A stretch of 64,000 nt of DNA from assembly GCA_046563655.1 (NCBI GenBank), contig CM102290.1, positions 10,726,001 to 10,790,000 of the forward strand. Direction: 5' to 3'. The notes under the pieces were generated by a model that was not told the DNA's origin, searched no databases, and saw only the letters and a list, made by a program, of their open reading frames with translations. Every line of letters begins with the position of its first letter. Positions within the stretch are counted from its first letter, which is position 1. Shown piece after piece: positions 50,501-64,000 of this stretch. The DNA is from Yuukianura sp. NJ FZ-2021 (lineage: Eukaryota). Both the position numbers and the translations under genes were made by a program.

Positions 50501-53500
50501 AGCTGATCGGCCTTCCATAAGGTCCAGGCAGTACATCCGCCATCATTTGAGAGCGATAGTGTTCTCATGCCCCTCCAGGCTGCACACCACAAAACTGATT
50601 GGACGAGACGATGAATTAACTGAAGACTATGCAATTAATTTTGTGTTAATTTTTATTCTATACCTATGTGTTATACTTGTTCTTACAAAGATTTTCGCGC
50701 GTCCGGGAGGAATTGAGTTTGAAAATCTGGACAGAGCGGGAAAATCCGAAAAATTTTGAGATTCGAATTCTCGATACTGTGAATAATAACGAAATAATGC
50801 GACTGCACGAACGGATTTTTTCTAAAACGGCCCAGATTCGAACTCGATGATCCAGTACCGGTCTGCTTTCCAACCGGCATGTCGACACTGGTCGGTTACG
50901 GTATCAGTGAAGCTCCGAGTTTCCTCTGTTTTCCCCCGAATGCAAGTCGTGTAAGAATTCTTTGTGACGAAATGAAAATAAATGGCAGAAGAGAGTCTAT
51001 TGGACGAAATCCATTTGAGTGGTGACTTTGGACTCTTTACCTTGGGTCAACAAGTGACCTTGTTTGTTATGTATGATTGAATTAAGTTCGGCAACTATTG
51101 GCTAACCCAAGGCAGTTGTTGACCTCACGTGATTCAAACAGTGCTGTTGGCCGGTTTCGTGGAGGTTAGAGGTCATGGGCCTTAGCCTTGTGCAGAGGGC
51201 GTGGCAAGGAGACACTTGAGTAGAAGGCGGGAGAAGTTGAAGGCCTTGAGGAGTTATGGCGATGTCAATGAAACCCATAGATGTTTAATTCATCATTTTC
51301 CTTGAGTAGTGAAATGCCATTGGGATTACTCACTTTTTGCTCATGGGGTATGTTTTTGTTGGCGACGCTGCGCATTTTGTAATTTTACTATCAAGGTCTC
51401 ACGGTTACAAAAAAAAAACCACTGCCATCTCACACAATAGAGTTACTTCGCGGAGAGGTAAGGTCATGGACCTCTGGACATTGACAAGTTTAACAGACAG
51501 ATTTTTGAAGTTGCTGCGGTTTTTGTTAAGGTTAAGGTCAACTCCATCGACTTCTAAAATTTTCGTAAAACTTAAAACGCAGAACCAATTATACACACGA
51601 AACGTTTCCAAATGTTCACCTTTGAGGAATTTGCAAAAATTTTACTTTTTTGGTGATGGCCAATTGGCGAATTGGCGAGTTTTTTTTGTTCTGACAAATT
51701 TGGAAAGTGTTAAAAAAAGTTGAACAAAATTTTTCAATTATTAGTCTTTTAACATTCAAAAATTCAAATTTTCTACTAGTTTTTGAAGAAAAAATGTCAT
51801 TGGAATTTCAAAACCTGACATAAAATTTAAACCACAAAACTAAAAATTCGATTTTAGAAGGAATATGAACATGCACTTTTGTAGAAAAAATTTGTTTTTG
51901 TGTATTTATTTTGTAGTGCTCGTCATTTCCTTCTTTTTGCTTTATCTCTGGAATCCATGACTGTTTTTTAAACAAAAATTTCAAAACTGGTCATAAAATT
52001 TTGAAAAATTCTAATGCGGCAGAAGTTTTATTTACCTTTTTGGAAAAAAGTTAACTACGCGGAGTCTTTTTATGATTATTGGTTGACATAATTCACTTTT
52101 TAGAATTTTCGAACTCTTTCAAAATGGAATCAGCGTCTTTTCCTCTCAGAGCGGAGGAAGATGAGTGTCAAAGGCAAACAATGAACCCCGTCGAGGTTAA
52201 ATTTCTTGCAAAAAGAATTGGCACAAAAAATTTTGCAAAAACTTTTTTTTTGCGCGACAGATTTGGTTTCGGTTGGCAGCCTTTTAGGAAATCCTCCCCC
52301 GTCCGTTAACATTGCAAAAAAAAATTTGGTGTGTCGTACCTTGAGACCTTGAACTTGGCTATTAAACTCTTACTCGTCTCTATGTTGAGGGAGGCCAATG
52401 AGCTCTGCACGCTGCCACACAAAAAAAGACGCCACTATTCTTGCAAATTTTTGCACAAAGTGGGAAACTTTCCCGCTTTCTTCGGTGTTGAGGCTTTGTC
52501 CAATTTAGTTTATGCGTCTGAACGGACCGCCGACTGTTTGCAAAAACTTTGGCCGTGCCCAGACCCATTCCCATTTCCATTGATTTTGTTTCCAGACACT
52601 TTTTTTCTTGCAACATTTGTTCCTCTGGGTCTGGTCGCATTTGGAATTGGCAAAGAGGCGAAAGACCTCTCACCATGTGTGTGACTCTACAAAATTTTTG
52701 CAACGTTTTATGAGTTGGCTTAAGTTTGCGAAGAAAGGCATTGAAAAGTTCGATTGGCATTAACTATATGTCAATTGCAAAATAGGAAAATAACAAAATG
52801 GAGTTGAGTCAGATCAGGAATTCAAGGGAAATCCGTTCACACGGAAAATTTTTATGTGCGAAAGTAAACATTGCAAAATTCCGGCCATGACTCATTCATC
52901 TTTACTCGTCACTACTTTGTTTACTTTGTAGTTTTCTGAAAATTTAGTCTTTTTAAAAAATGGAAATCTTAGATTTACTTGCAAGTACAATGTTCTTCGC
53001 AGTTTTTCATGAATTTCCTTTGTGTTTTTTTTTAAATTAAGACTACTATAATCCATTGGAAGCTAGGATGTTTGTTTTGAAATTTTTATAAAACGATTTG
53101 AAGAACTTGGAATAAAAATTTATTAAATAGCGAAAGCTAGTTTACTGTTGGTATTATTTGCACTTTTTCCATCAGACGCAAAAGCAATTCCAAACAGATG
53201 ATGAAATGGTGTTGGAAAATGATGAAATGTACACAGGAGATTGTACGAGAGACGAGAGGTGATTGGCTTCGTAGTATTTTTGCATGCAACTATTTTTTCG
53301 ACTTGATGCGTGCTTTAGCGAATTTGTAAAAAAAAAGCATGACAATTACTTTCACTCTTGATCTGGAACAATTTTTCTTCCCAAATGTAATTCGACTTTC
53401 CATTTATTTTGGGATGATGGAGACAACGCCCCTTCCCTTTCGCTGCTGATTCATTTGTAATCCAATTTGTTTACCACAAAGGAATTGCATTGAAGGAAGC

Positions 53501-54937
53501 ACCAATTGTTGAGGCCCTGATCCCATTTATTCTGTGCGTTGAACTAACCATAAACTTCCAATAATATAAAACATAACCTAACCTACCTAAACATGTCAGT
53601 AACTAACTTAACTAACGTATTCCAAGTCACTAACGTAACAAAATCCGTAGAATTGCTGCTGTCATTGGCGGTTGGTCGAACTTTAGTTTATGGAGGTTTT
53701 ATGTTAGGCTAACCTTTTGTAGTCAGACATGAACCAGCAAACATAACGTAATCTAAGCTTATTTGAGAATTTTTGCTGAAATCTAGTCGTGTGACGATTT
53801 GCAGATTCACCTTGTACCTTTGGACTTTAACAGAAAAGTTGAGGAAGATTTATTTGATGCGTCATAAAAAAATATGTGAGAAAAGAATACAAAAACTTCC
53901 TGGCAAAATTGACCATTCAAAATGGCAAACGGGATCTTTACAGGCAATTTGCTCTTTTCATTTCGAAATTTTTAAAATTTTCTCACGGTTTGAAATGGAT
54001 GCTTTATTCTTATCATAATTTTAATGTTCATGTTTTACGATTCTTTAATTTCAATAGCGTTAAATTTTCTTGAAATTTAGTACGAGCTGGTGTGAAATTT
54101 TTGGTAATCCGTTTCAACTAATGCTTCAAATTTCCGCTATTTTCGAGATTGAAATTTCATCCACACCAACTGTGATTGCAAACTTATTGCAAAATTTTTC
54201 TTTTAATTTACAACAACTTTAACTGCAACTTTTCCGTAAAATTCAAAACAAGTTGCAATTTTCTAGTTTACTAAATTTTTTAACACCTTACAAAGATACT
54301 TTAACATGAAATTTTCTGTTCCAGTTTACAAAAATATGTGAAAGTACAACTTGACTGCGCAAATTGTAAATTCGAGTGGAAGGACTTTTTGTCAGCGTCT
54401 GACGCACATCTCAAAGTTTGAGGAAATGCATCACAATAAAAAACTCAAATTAAAAATAAACATCACACATCCTCCTCTTCGTTTCCTGTCGACTTCATAA
54501 AAAACTTCAAAGTTCAAACTTTTTTTAAGAAGATCAAAAGAACTCCAGCAAACATTTTTCTTTTCAAAAAGCAGCAATTATCTCAATCAAAAATAATTTT
54601 TTGTAATTCAAATTTAGGAACAAGCGGAAACTCTCTTCTTCTCAGTTATTTTTAAGACGATTCATAGCCAGAAACAAATGCGTCACCAAATACTGGAATT
54701 CCCCCTGGGGAAAACACAATTTCCCCGAACATTCTTCCCGCGGGAAAAAATTTTCCGATTTTTTAATTCTCGCGAGAGAAAGTAGGGAGTTTGACCTCCA
54801 GGACTTTTGTAGTAACACTGAGCATAGTCTTCCGCATCACAAAAAACCTGCGTTATTCCCCCTTGTCTTTTACTTTATGGAATTGTTATCGTAGGGCCAT
54901 TACTACGCACGGCCCTTTTTTTTCTTTTTTGACAAAC

Positions 54938-57900
54938 TTTGAAATTTCCCGCTCTCTCTCTCATCCAATTCAAATCCCCCATTTCTTCCCGCTCAACTAG
55001 CTCATGAACGACTTTTTATTACTTGAATTACTTGTTTAGAACGCGTTCACAACCTACGTCGTCACAATTTTTGGTGACATTTTGTCTACCGAATCCAACC
55101 ACTGCCCCTCTAGATACCCACTCCCTGAACCCCTATGCATAAAGTTAATTAGGTAGGAAATGTTTAGCCTAACGTTAACACTGACGTAATGGACTTAAAG
55201 TTAAGACAGTAAAGCTAAGTAAAGTTAAGATTTAGTATTTCGGCGCCATTTTTCCAAAAGTCAAAAACCATGGAGGGGTGGTTTGTTCGAGATTAAGAAA
55301 TGGGGATTATGGGGATTGCGTAATATGAAGGGAGAAGGGTGGATATTCCCCCCTTGGACTAGAAAATAAATGAAAGAACAAAAGTTGACATGCACCTCAT
55401 AAAAGGAAATTGACACTTTGTTGGTGGCGGGAAATAATGTTCACTTTAAGTAACAACCACCAAATTTAAAATCTGGCGGGAAAGGAACTTCATTTTCAAA
55501 AGTTTCAAAAACTGTTAACGTAATTCTTCCGTGCAACGTAAAATACTTCTATATTTAATCCCCCAACTTACTCTTAAAAGTTTCGACTTAATTCCAAAGC
55601 AACAGATGAGCATGAGAAGCCGGACTGTATTTTACAGAAAGCGCGAAGATTCAAACTCATTTCCAACTTTCCCTCCGACATTTAAAAAAGATTTTTTTCA
55701 AATTTCAAAAAAGAGGGAAGTTATGAATAGATGGCACACATTACAGACGCGCCTCCCTACGGCACCATTATCCAGTTCCGTTTTTCTCTACGTTCACTTT
55801 TCCCCAACAGCATCACCTCCAGCCACCCTAGACGTATAATTCCTCTTTTTTTTGAAAATTTGAAAGTTCCGCCAAAATTTTACTGGGTTTAGAAACATAG
55901 CCAAGCCAAACTACGTTAAAATTTTACCGTCCCAAATGCTCGAACAAGAACAAGCGGTTTGAGACGGGCGTGGCCCCTGAGGTGCGGTTTACCCAAAATT
56001 CAGTAAATTTTGAATTCTCCACGTGGCACTTTGAAGAGGCGCCATTTTCAAAAAGTTCCGCTCTTTCTCTGTTCCATTTCCATTCATGGGGACTTCCAAA
56101 ATTGAATTTCCTTTCTCCACTTTCTCCTCCCGCCACAAAGGAAAGCCTTCGAGAAACTCCTGCAGGCATTTGTTTACGCACAGCCAGGAAATAGGCCAAG
56201 CTCAAAGACACGACGCGCCACTCCCGCTTAGCCTTGTTCAAACCGATGAAAATTTAAATTGATTTTGGTTAAAATAAAATTTAAATCTCTGTGTTCATAT
56301 CTTGCCTTCTGCCTTAAGGCCAAGTCTCAGTGTAGCTTCTTCCTTTTAAATTTGAATCAAATTTGTTTTGATAAATTCTTGGCGGGAAAAAATGGAGCAC
56401 ATGATGATTTCCTCCAGGTTTCTAGATTTCAAATTTTGAAAGGAATACTAACTCATAAGTAGGAAGCAATTATTCTACTTCCGCTTCGGCTTCCTTATTT
56501 GAATTTCCCGCTTCAGCTTTCTAAACTAAAACAATCAAATATGAAAAGTCAATCTTGGTTTGTGTCTAATCAAAACCGAATTGACAGTGACAGTTGATGT
56601 ATCAAATCCTGCAAATGAACAGCCACTTACACAAAGCTTCTCGACTCGACTTCAACAGCAATTCTTCATACGAAACCAAAAATCCGTTTTAGGATTACTG
56701 AAAATCCTGAGCAGTACAAAAACCAATCCGATCATAGAAATCAGAAACTCCTGATTGGGAGTCAAAATTCCCAACAAGTCGTATTTAAAAAATTCCTGAT
56801 GCGGATACAGGATATGGTGGAGGTCAAGAGACCAAACACTTTGTGTATTCCTAAAGTTGAAGTGAGCGTGGGTGACCCTGACCTCAACCATTGAGTTGTT
56901 GATCTCGCAGAAGGACGAATGTAGTTGACCTTAGGATTTTGAGGAGAGTGACACATCGAAGGGGTCCTCCAGATCCTTCTTTCTCCTGCCTCCCATGATC
57001 CACTTATGAATCATTCATGAGTTCCCTCTATTATGGTTCATTATTCTCCAAAACAGATTTTAAATCCACTTAGACCTCCCGCCTTCTCGTTCCTGCCTCC
57101 AGGAAGAAGAAGGAAGTCTAATGGGAGCGTAGAGAAATTATTTAGAATCAGGGTAATTCCGAAGAAAAGCGGGAGCTTGCAAAACGGCACGGCTATGGCA
57201 ACGGGAGGATTCAAAACAACGGGAGCGGGAAAGCAAAAGGATGGAGCGCTAGTGGCGCCGCGGTGGACCCACTTTGGCTGAAGTGGATTCAGTTTACGTT
57301 GGGGTTGGGAAGTCCGCATTGAGGTTTCTATGCTGGAGGAATTCCTTGAATGTCATGCACGGACATTTTCAGACGGAGAATTACTGATACAATTCCAACG
57401 AAACGGTATAGCCCTAACCAATCCTGACTTCGGACGTCAATCAGTAACTGTCTTAAGAATTCCAGTCGGTAGGAATACTTGTAGATCAGTTTCCGTCCAG
57501 GAGCGTTGTGGACGAAGGGTCCTCTCCACGGTCTTCAGTCTTGCGTGTCTATTCTTCTGTTAAGGTTGGACGGTACGGTAGAGTGGTGGTGGCGTTGCAG
57601 ACAGACACATGGTGCAGCTATCGATCCTCCGCCTGCCCCCACCTCCCCACCCCCTACAACTGTGCGGGCGGTAGTGTTTGGGTTCTGAAGTTCCCTGCCC
57701 CACTCCCCACCCAACAAAAGGGGGGAAGACAGAGCGCCAACTTACTTTCAAAGTACTCCTCCGTCGGAGCTTTTGAAAATGGCGGGAGAGCACATGGTTT
57801 TTGGAGAAAGCTGCTTAACCTTCTCCAACCAAATTCTAAAGAAACCTTTCACCTTTTCACTTTCTCCCGCACTACAGCTTTTCTTTGAATCAAAGTTCAA

Positions 57901-58768
57901 AACGCGCCATTTTCACTCATTCAATGCCATTTTTTAAAGAAAAACGATGCTTTCTGACTCAGGGTAGGTCACATTTCAAAGAAAACTAGAAAAAAAAAGC
58001 AATAGGAAATTAAATTTTTTGTGTAATTTTAGAAAGTGTTTTCTAAACACTAAATTTTCTGCTCTACATTTGGAGTAATTGAGCTTTCTGTAGTTCTTGT
58101 TCGTTACTCAAGTGCTGCGTGAAAATGAAGATGCGTTTTGTTCCATTTGTTTTGAAACTTTTGTTTTAAATTTCCATTTTCTAAAATTTCATTTTCTAAA
58201 ACTGAGAATTGTAATTTATTGTGCCTGGTTGTGACTTTTGAAACGAGAAGTGATGACAGGCTCATGTGACGCGACAATACCCTGCGTCCTTACTCTAGTA
58301 TACTACAAAAGTTAAGGCTCCCCCTCCTTCACTTTTAGTTTGTCCAAACTTGTAAAAAATTCAGAACACGTTTATTTTTTTGAACATTGGCGGGAGTGTG
58401 GAATCCAGCAGGATCATTTCCCCCTTCTCCTGCTGCTGTCTTCAAAAGTTGGATCGAAATGAAGTTCTGGATGTGCCACCAAGGGCTTTGGGGAGGAAAG
58501 AGACACGAGGCAAGGAACGGGGTGGGGAGGACGAAATGGGGGCGGGAGAGCTGAAGGGGCAAACGGCGGGCTTTTCTCCCCTTCATTCTGTCTGCTCAGA
58601 GGTCAATGTCCCCGAATTCGGATTCGGTTTTTTGGAGGGGAGCGGGAGCGGAGGAAGACGGATGGGGGCAGGGGTGGGTGGGGAGGCGAAGTTTGGAATG
58701 GAGGGAACCTAAAGCCTCAGACCAAAAACTGTGCGGGAAGTTTTTGTGCGACGGCGGGATATTTCAAA
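54938..58768. promoter_or_regulatory. Putative cis-regulatory region rich in E2F-like (GGCGGGAA), CHR-like (TTTGAA/TTCAAA) and YY1-like (GCCATTTT) motifs
   Basis: Composite sites at 54938, 55859, 56498 and 58753. GGCGGGAA also at ~55426, ~55475 and ~56381; GCGCCATTTT at ~55243, ~56039 and ~57904. No credible long ORF in the region. Confidence 0.35.
56799..56861 (+). CDS. Possible first coding exon of an unidentified downstream gene (MRIQDMVEVKRPNTLCIPKVE)
   Basis: ATG-initiated frame ending at a good donor, GAA|gtgagc, downstream of a promoter-like motif cluster. No partner exon was confidently found in the window. Confidence 0.25.
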
Positions 58769-61700
58769 AGTTGTAACGTTGTATACGCAACCCTACGGGT
58801 TTTACTCGAAGTGAACCTTATACTATACAGTAGACACTTCTGTGTTGAAAGTAGTGAAAGTCTGGCTTACTACACACGCACTACGCTACGCAACTTTTGC
58901 CTCCATTTTCAAAATTTCCCCCTTCCTCTCTCCTTCCCGCCTTCAAAACAAACGAGTTGGCCATGCTATAACTCTAGACTGGACTTCCTGGATGTATGAC
59001 CCGTCCGAACGTCAGAAACTTTATTAATTACTTAAATCCTTCTTCCTAGAACAAAAAAATGACATCAACCTAACAAAATTTAATTTGGAAAAAATTTAGG
59101 GTGGGGTGGCCTACCATTAGAACGGAAATTTGAATTCAAATTTTAGCGTGCCCACAAAAAAATGCCGCCTCGTGGAGTACCACTTTGTTTTCTGTTCGTC
59201 TTCTTCTAAAATCAAGATTTGAAAAAAAAATCCAAAAATAGATGCAAATTCTTTTGAGCTCTGCGTGAAAAAATTGTTTGAGCAGAATTAAGGCAGAGTG
59301 GAGTCCATTGTACCACTACGCATAGCTTAGCGTCCTTTTTTGAAAAATTAAAACCAACGATCTAGGCATACAAAAATGTCTAGAATTAATATGCATGTCA
59401 GAGGGTAATGGCTAGAACCTAAGGATGGAATAAATAGGAGGGAGAATTTAAAAAACAAGAGGATCAACTTCTGCACGGAACTCATCCTAGTTTTTTCTTT
59501 TAGAGTTTTTGAATTTTCAAAATTCCCGGGGAAAATGGGCGCCCGACTCATTTGTCCCTTTGTATGTATTTCCCACGCCCTCAGTCAAAGTCAGCGCATC
59601 GCGATATTACCCAAACTACAAAATAAAACAAATAAGAGGTTTTGCAATTAATTTGGAAAAAAAATTTTTTTCAGTTTTTTGTAGGGTTCCGAAACGGCAC
59701 GAGTACTGCAATTGGTTTTCAAGACACATAATTCGAAATCTTCCAATTTTTGGTTTAGGTTTTCATTGAAGTGATTTAAAAAGTATTTTTTTGGTGATAA
59801 CATCGGAATCGGAATGGAAAATAAAATTGTCGATTTTGATTCTACACCGTTTTGGTGACTGGAGAAACATTCTGGAAAGATCCAATTACTTTGTTGATGG
59901 CGAGATTAGATGAGCAAATGGGGGCGGGGGTAGGTCAAACTTAATAAAGTTCAAAAGTTCATAAAGTCCCGCGTTCCATTAAGATGGATTCTTCATTTCC
60001 CGCAATTATTCCAAGAATTTTAGGATTCTAAGCCAAACCATCCTCATCCCAACTTTTTTTTTGCAGGAAAAGAATTTTTCTTACCGTTTTTCATTCCAAT
60101 TCTCTCCATATTTTGGTTCTCACAAAATTTCAGCATTAAAAAAAACGAAACTTTCTCGCCTTTAAAAACAAAACGTTCCCGCTAAATTCAAAAACAACAC
60201 TCTCCTGATACTGTGCTGTAATGGTCTTTGCCTAATTATAAGGATCAATAGTAGAATGGGCATCTTATATGAAAGCATCCAGGATATGGCCACGCACAAT
60301 TTGTGTATGACCTCTGCGTGACCTCTAGTCTCTTGCTCTGGCGAGTGAAAGTGAGTCTGAGGCGTGAGTGCAATTAAGTGAAAGTGACTCTCCCCTACAC
60401 ATTCGGAAGGAAGTTGTAATTGAATCTGCATCGGATATGGGAAACCCTCCCATTTTACAAATAGTACCAACTTTAGGACAGCATTCAACAAATTCGATTT
60501 TTGGTAGGAAGGGGAGCGACGCTTAAGGCCCTCATGAATTTCCCGCAATGCTCACCAGGTCAAAGGTTATGTGCAAAAAAAGCAACAACATTAACAAAAC
60601 GGAGCTATGTAATTTTTTCTTTGTTAAAAAAGTGTTCCCCAATGTGTTTTTTCATTTTCTTTTGAGACAAACATGCTAGACAAGCTAATTTCCAGTGACA
60701 AAGTTGTCGAAGAGCTGAAATTAATTTTTTTTCTGATTAATGTGTCGAGTCATTAAGCTGTAAATTTCTAAAAAATATACATTTTTAAGGGCATAGAAAA
60801 TGCAGAGAAATTCAAAAAGAACAAGGAAGCTTCTTGCTTTAAATCAAATCCATATTTAATATAAACTTTTTTCTAACTGATTTTTTTTTGAAAAATTGAA
60901 AAATGTGAAAACTTTTGTTCCATAACTTTCTCCTTCGCCGGCCCGTCCCTTGCACCATTTGTTGTTGTTTTTATTTTTATTTTTTTTGTTCATATTGTGC
61001 CCAAATTCAAAAACTTTTCCCTCCTTTACAAACTTCTTTTCGTTTTGAATATTCAAAAGTTTTTGTAGAAAGTTCTATTTTTACGTTGTTCATCATGCGT
61101 CTCCTCCTCCGTCTTCTGGATTCTCCATTTCCTCCAGTACTAAAGTTTATTTCTGAACACAACTTTTCAACATATTTAAAAACTTTTACCGCTTAAGATC
61201 ATCCGTCAGTCCACAGATTTTCAATTCATATTTTCTCCCTGTCCCCAGAGACAAGCTGCCCCCTGGGGGAGGGGGCGTTTGAGGAAAAAGTAACTGTTTT
61301 CACGCCTATTCTTAAAATTCTAGAAGTTTTGTCTAAACTGAATCTCGCTTTCCCAAAACTTTCTCTCTTGACGAACCTGTTTTTTTTTTTATTTGAAATT
61401 CATGAAATTTCCTGTTTTGATTTTTTTTAACTTTTACTACAAGTAAAATCTCTACAATCAATAAATGCAGATCTCTATCAAGAACAAGGTCAGCAGTTTC
61501 TGGAGTATCTGCGGTACTGTACTAGGCTAATGCATACCTGCCAAAAATATTTAAAAAACTACCGAAATATTTAAATAAATACAATATTTACTGAAAAAGT
61601 TCGAAATATTTACGAGCTTACCATTAAGGGCATGGGTAACTAAATCAATATTTAGTAACAAATACCCAAAATATTGATTTTGATAACATTACAGTTACAG

Positions 61701-64000
61701 GCATGGGAACAAAATATTTTTGGCAGGTCTGCAATGAGATAGGTTATCGTTGACGTTAGGCTGAGACTATGATGAGTCAGTGTCGCCAGTAGTGGTATGG
61801 ACAGATGCTTGCGATGCTTGTGGTGATTGTTTTCCAAGTACTTGGGAATCCATTGTTCTTTTTCACCTGGTCAATCAGCGTCTTCCGTTTGGCACGTGCC
61901 GCGTCTTCCTTCTTGGAGATCTCATCTCTCCCTCTGAATTTACTCGGAAAATCCCGTCCCATACGCATCTTCCCTTGACGTAAACATCCATCACAGCATC
62001 ACGAAATCAACAGCAATTACCTCAACGCCAAACGAATCAATCTCGATAACCTAGGAGTGATGAAAGTAAACTAAGGTATGGGTAACCAAATGAGAAGAAA
62101 GTGAGTGGCGTTCAATCCAAAGCCAAAGTGAAAGTCAGTCATCTGCAAATAAAAATTTCTCCTTTAGATAAAGCTTTTGGTTAGATTAGGAAAAACTAGG
62201 TTTTAAGTTAACCTAACTTGAAAGTTAAAAGAAGTATTTGAAGATCGTCGTACAATTGACAAAATACTAAGGTGTTCGGTTAGGAGGATGCTTATGTTTT
62301 CAGTGTTGAACTATTTATTGTTGACCAAATTGCTGTCCACTTGCCTAACCCTGTCTCACCTGACCTCCACCCTCACGAACGCCGTCTGCTCTGAATCATC
62401 TGCTCCTGCTTTACCATCTGCTTCAATTTCTTAGACAAAAAGCACGAGACACCTTGGCACAAGCTGGTCGAGGATGAGTAAAAACATGTAACGTGTTATT
62501 TCGAAAAAAAAAGAAATTTTGAAAAAAAAATATTAAAGATTTAATAATTTTCTAAATTTTGAAAATGAAAAAAATAAGGCTATGGCATACTCCCCGACTT
62601 ATTTTTAGAACATAATTTCCCCAAGGTGTCAAAAAAGAATGCAGCAATGCAATCTCCACATTTTCCTCCTTGACACCAATCTGCAACACCAAGATCAAAA
62701 TCACAAGAAACAAAAGAGGCGCCCTTAAAATTAAATTTAAATTTTTGTAACAGCGTCGCAGCCCAATGCCCAACCAACTCAAGGTTGGACGCGTATTTTG
62801 GTGGGGGCGGGAAATAAGTTTAGGTCATCATTTTAAAGCTTTACGAAATTACGTAATTTCTCAACCAGAAAACTACGAAAACCAAAAAAAAAAACGGTCG
62901 TAACAGTCGCTTAAACTTGAAATTTAAAATTACCGCTCTCATGTGTTGCATCCGCTCAGACGAACCGGAGTTTATGAGCGGCAGGACTTTGAATTTTTTT
63001 TTATTTTTTGAAAGTAAGTGGTGAAAAGTTGATGATGACTTCCCTTTCAGACTGTGTGGATCTGTTCGAGTGGTTTTGTAGCATGTGCCCAACAGGAGAG
63101 CTTGTTAAACCATTTAAAACGGCGCGCGCGCCCATTCCGAAAAAAAGGACTAAAAAAGTCGTCTTTTTATTACTGTTTCTTATTCCCCGCACTTGAAGAA
63201 TTGAAATTCAGTGGGAAGTCTTTCCAGTTTTTTATTGAACAATGTCACACACTGCCCCCAGTTTCGTTTGTACTTTTATGTTATTGTTCGTCTAGTTCCC
63301 CTTCATTTTCTCACAAGTTCGAAGTCCCCCCTCGCTAAAAGGACACACTAAAACAATGACGGGGGACACGACAGATCAATAGACGCTTAACAAGCTCAAA
63401 TGGATCTCAGTCGGCTGGAAACGGCTCATCACCAGAGACAATTTCGGTTTTCAGTTTTTTTTTCTAAAAAACGGAAGGGGAAGTTGGTTTTGGTCAATTC
63501 CCGCCAAGCATTGGGGGGCGGTGATGACAAATTTCATGGTTCGAGAAACTGTCCGGGTCAAATGGTCAAACATTATAAAGTGACCCCCTTGGTCGCCTGT
63601 TGCCTAGCGTAGCTTGTTGATTCTCAACATAACTAACAATGAAATACTCGTTCCAAACAAAAATCCACTGCGTGTAGGATAACCTGACAATTAAATCTAA
63701 CGCTGGGTCAAAATGCAGCCTAATAACCTAACCGATGGTGTAGAAATTCACCCGAACTTGAACAAATCTTAGCGTCAGTCGTAAATCTACGAGATTTGAG
63801 AAAAGATTAAATGAATTGTGGAGAGATTTGTTAACATAAAGACGTTAACGTAGGCTGACAAAAGTGTAACCGCGTTCTGGAAAGTCGTCATTAATAGAAA
63901 GGAGGGGAAGAAACTGCTCCTGGATTTTCTGGAAGTCGAAACAGAAGCGATTACTCTAATGGAAACTCTTGCTTTTTTTTTGTTTAAGCTTCTCCAGAAA

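Noticed and set aside
57330..57563. ORF with FSDGE, reminiscent of PRPP synthetase
   Set aside because: Five-residue coincidence; the rest of the ORF does not match the family.
61259..61273. 15-bp match CCCCCTGGGGGAGGG shared with 22886-22900 (COE/EBF-like site)
   Set aside because: Low complexity and only two copies; not supportable without binding data.

Overview
Eukaryotic, AT-rich, arthropod-like genomic DNA with compact introns (mostly about 60-100 nt). Positions 1-~12975 are a 59-bp tandem satellite that reverses orientation at ~6574, forming a ~13-kb inverted (palindromic) array. Rare monomer variants are mirrored between its two arms, and the junction reads CCTAACCTA. A 29-bp minisatellite capped by an inverted copy follows. 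Next come four multi-exon genes, hand-spliced with consistent phases: choline/ethanolamine phosphotransferase CEPT1 (+), DENN-domain Rab3-GEF MADD (+, 28 exons), an otopetrin proton channel (-) and STRIP/FAM40 (+). MADD carries candidate 9-, 15- and 24-nt microexons, a duplicated-looking alternative last exon and uORFs. The last ~13.5 kb have no recognisable protein but contain recurrent E2F/CHR- and YY1-like motifs and a possible first exon of a downstream gene. No prokaryotic systems, CRISPR arrays, tRNAs or rRNAs were seen. Gene identities rest on recognised motifs, not on database searches.
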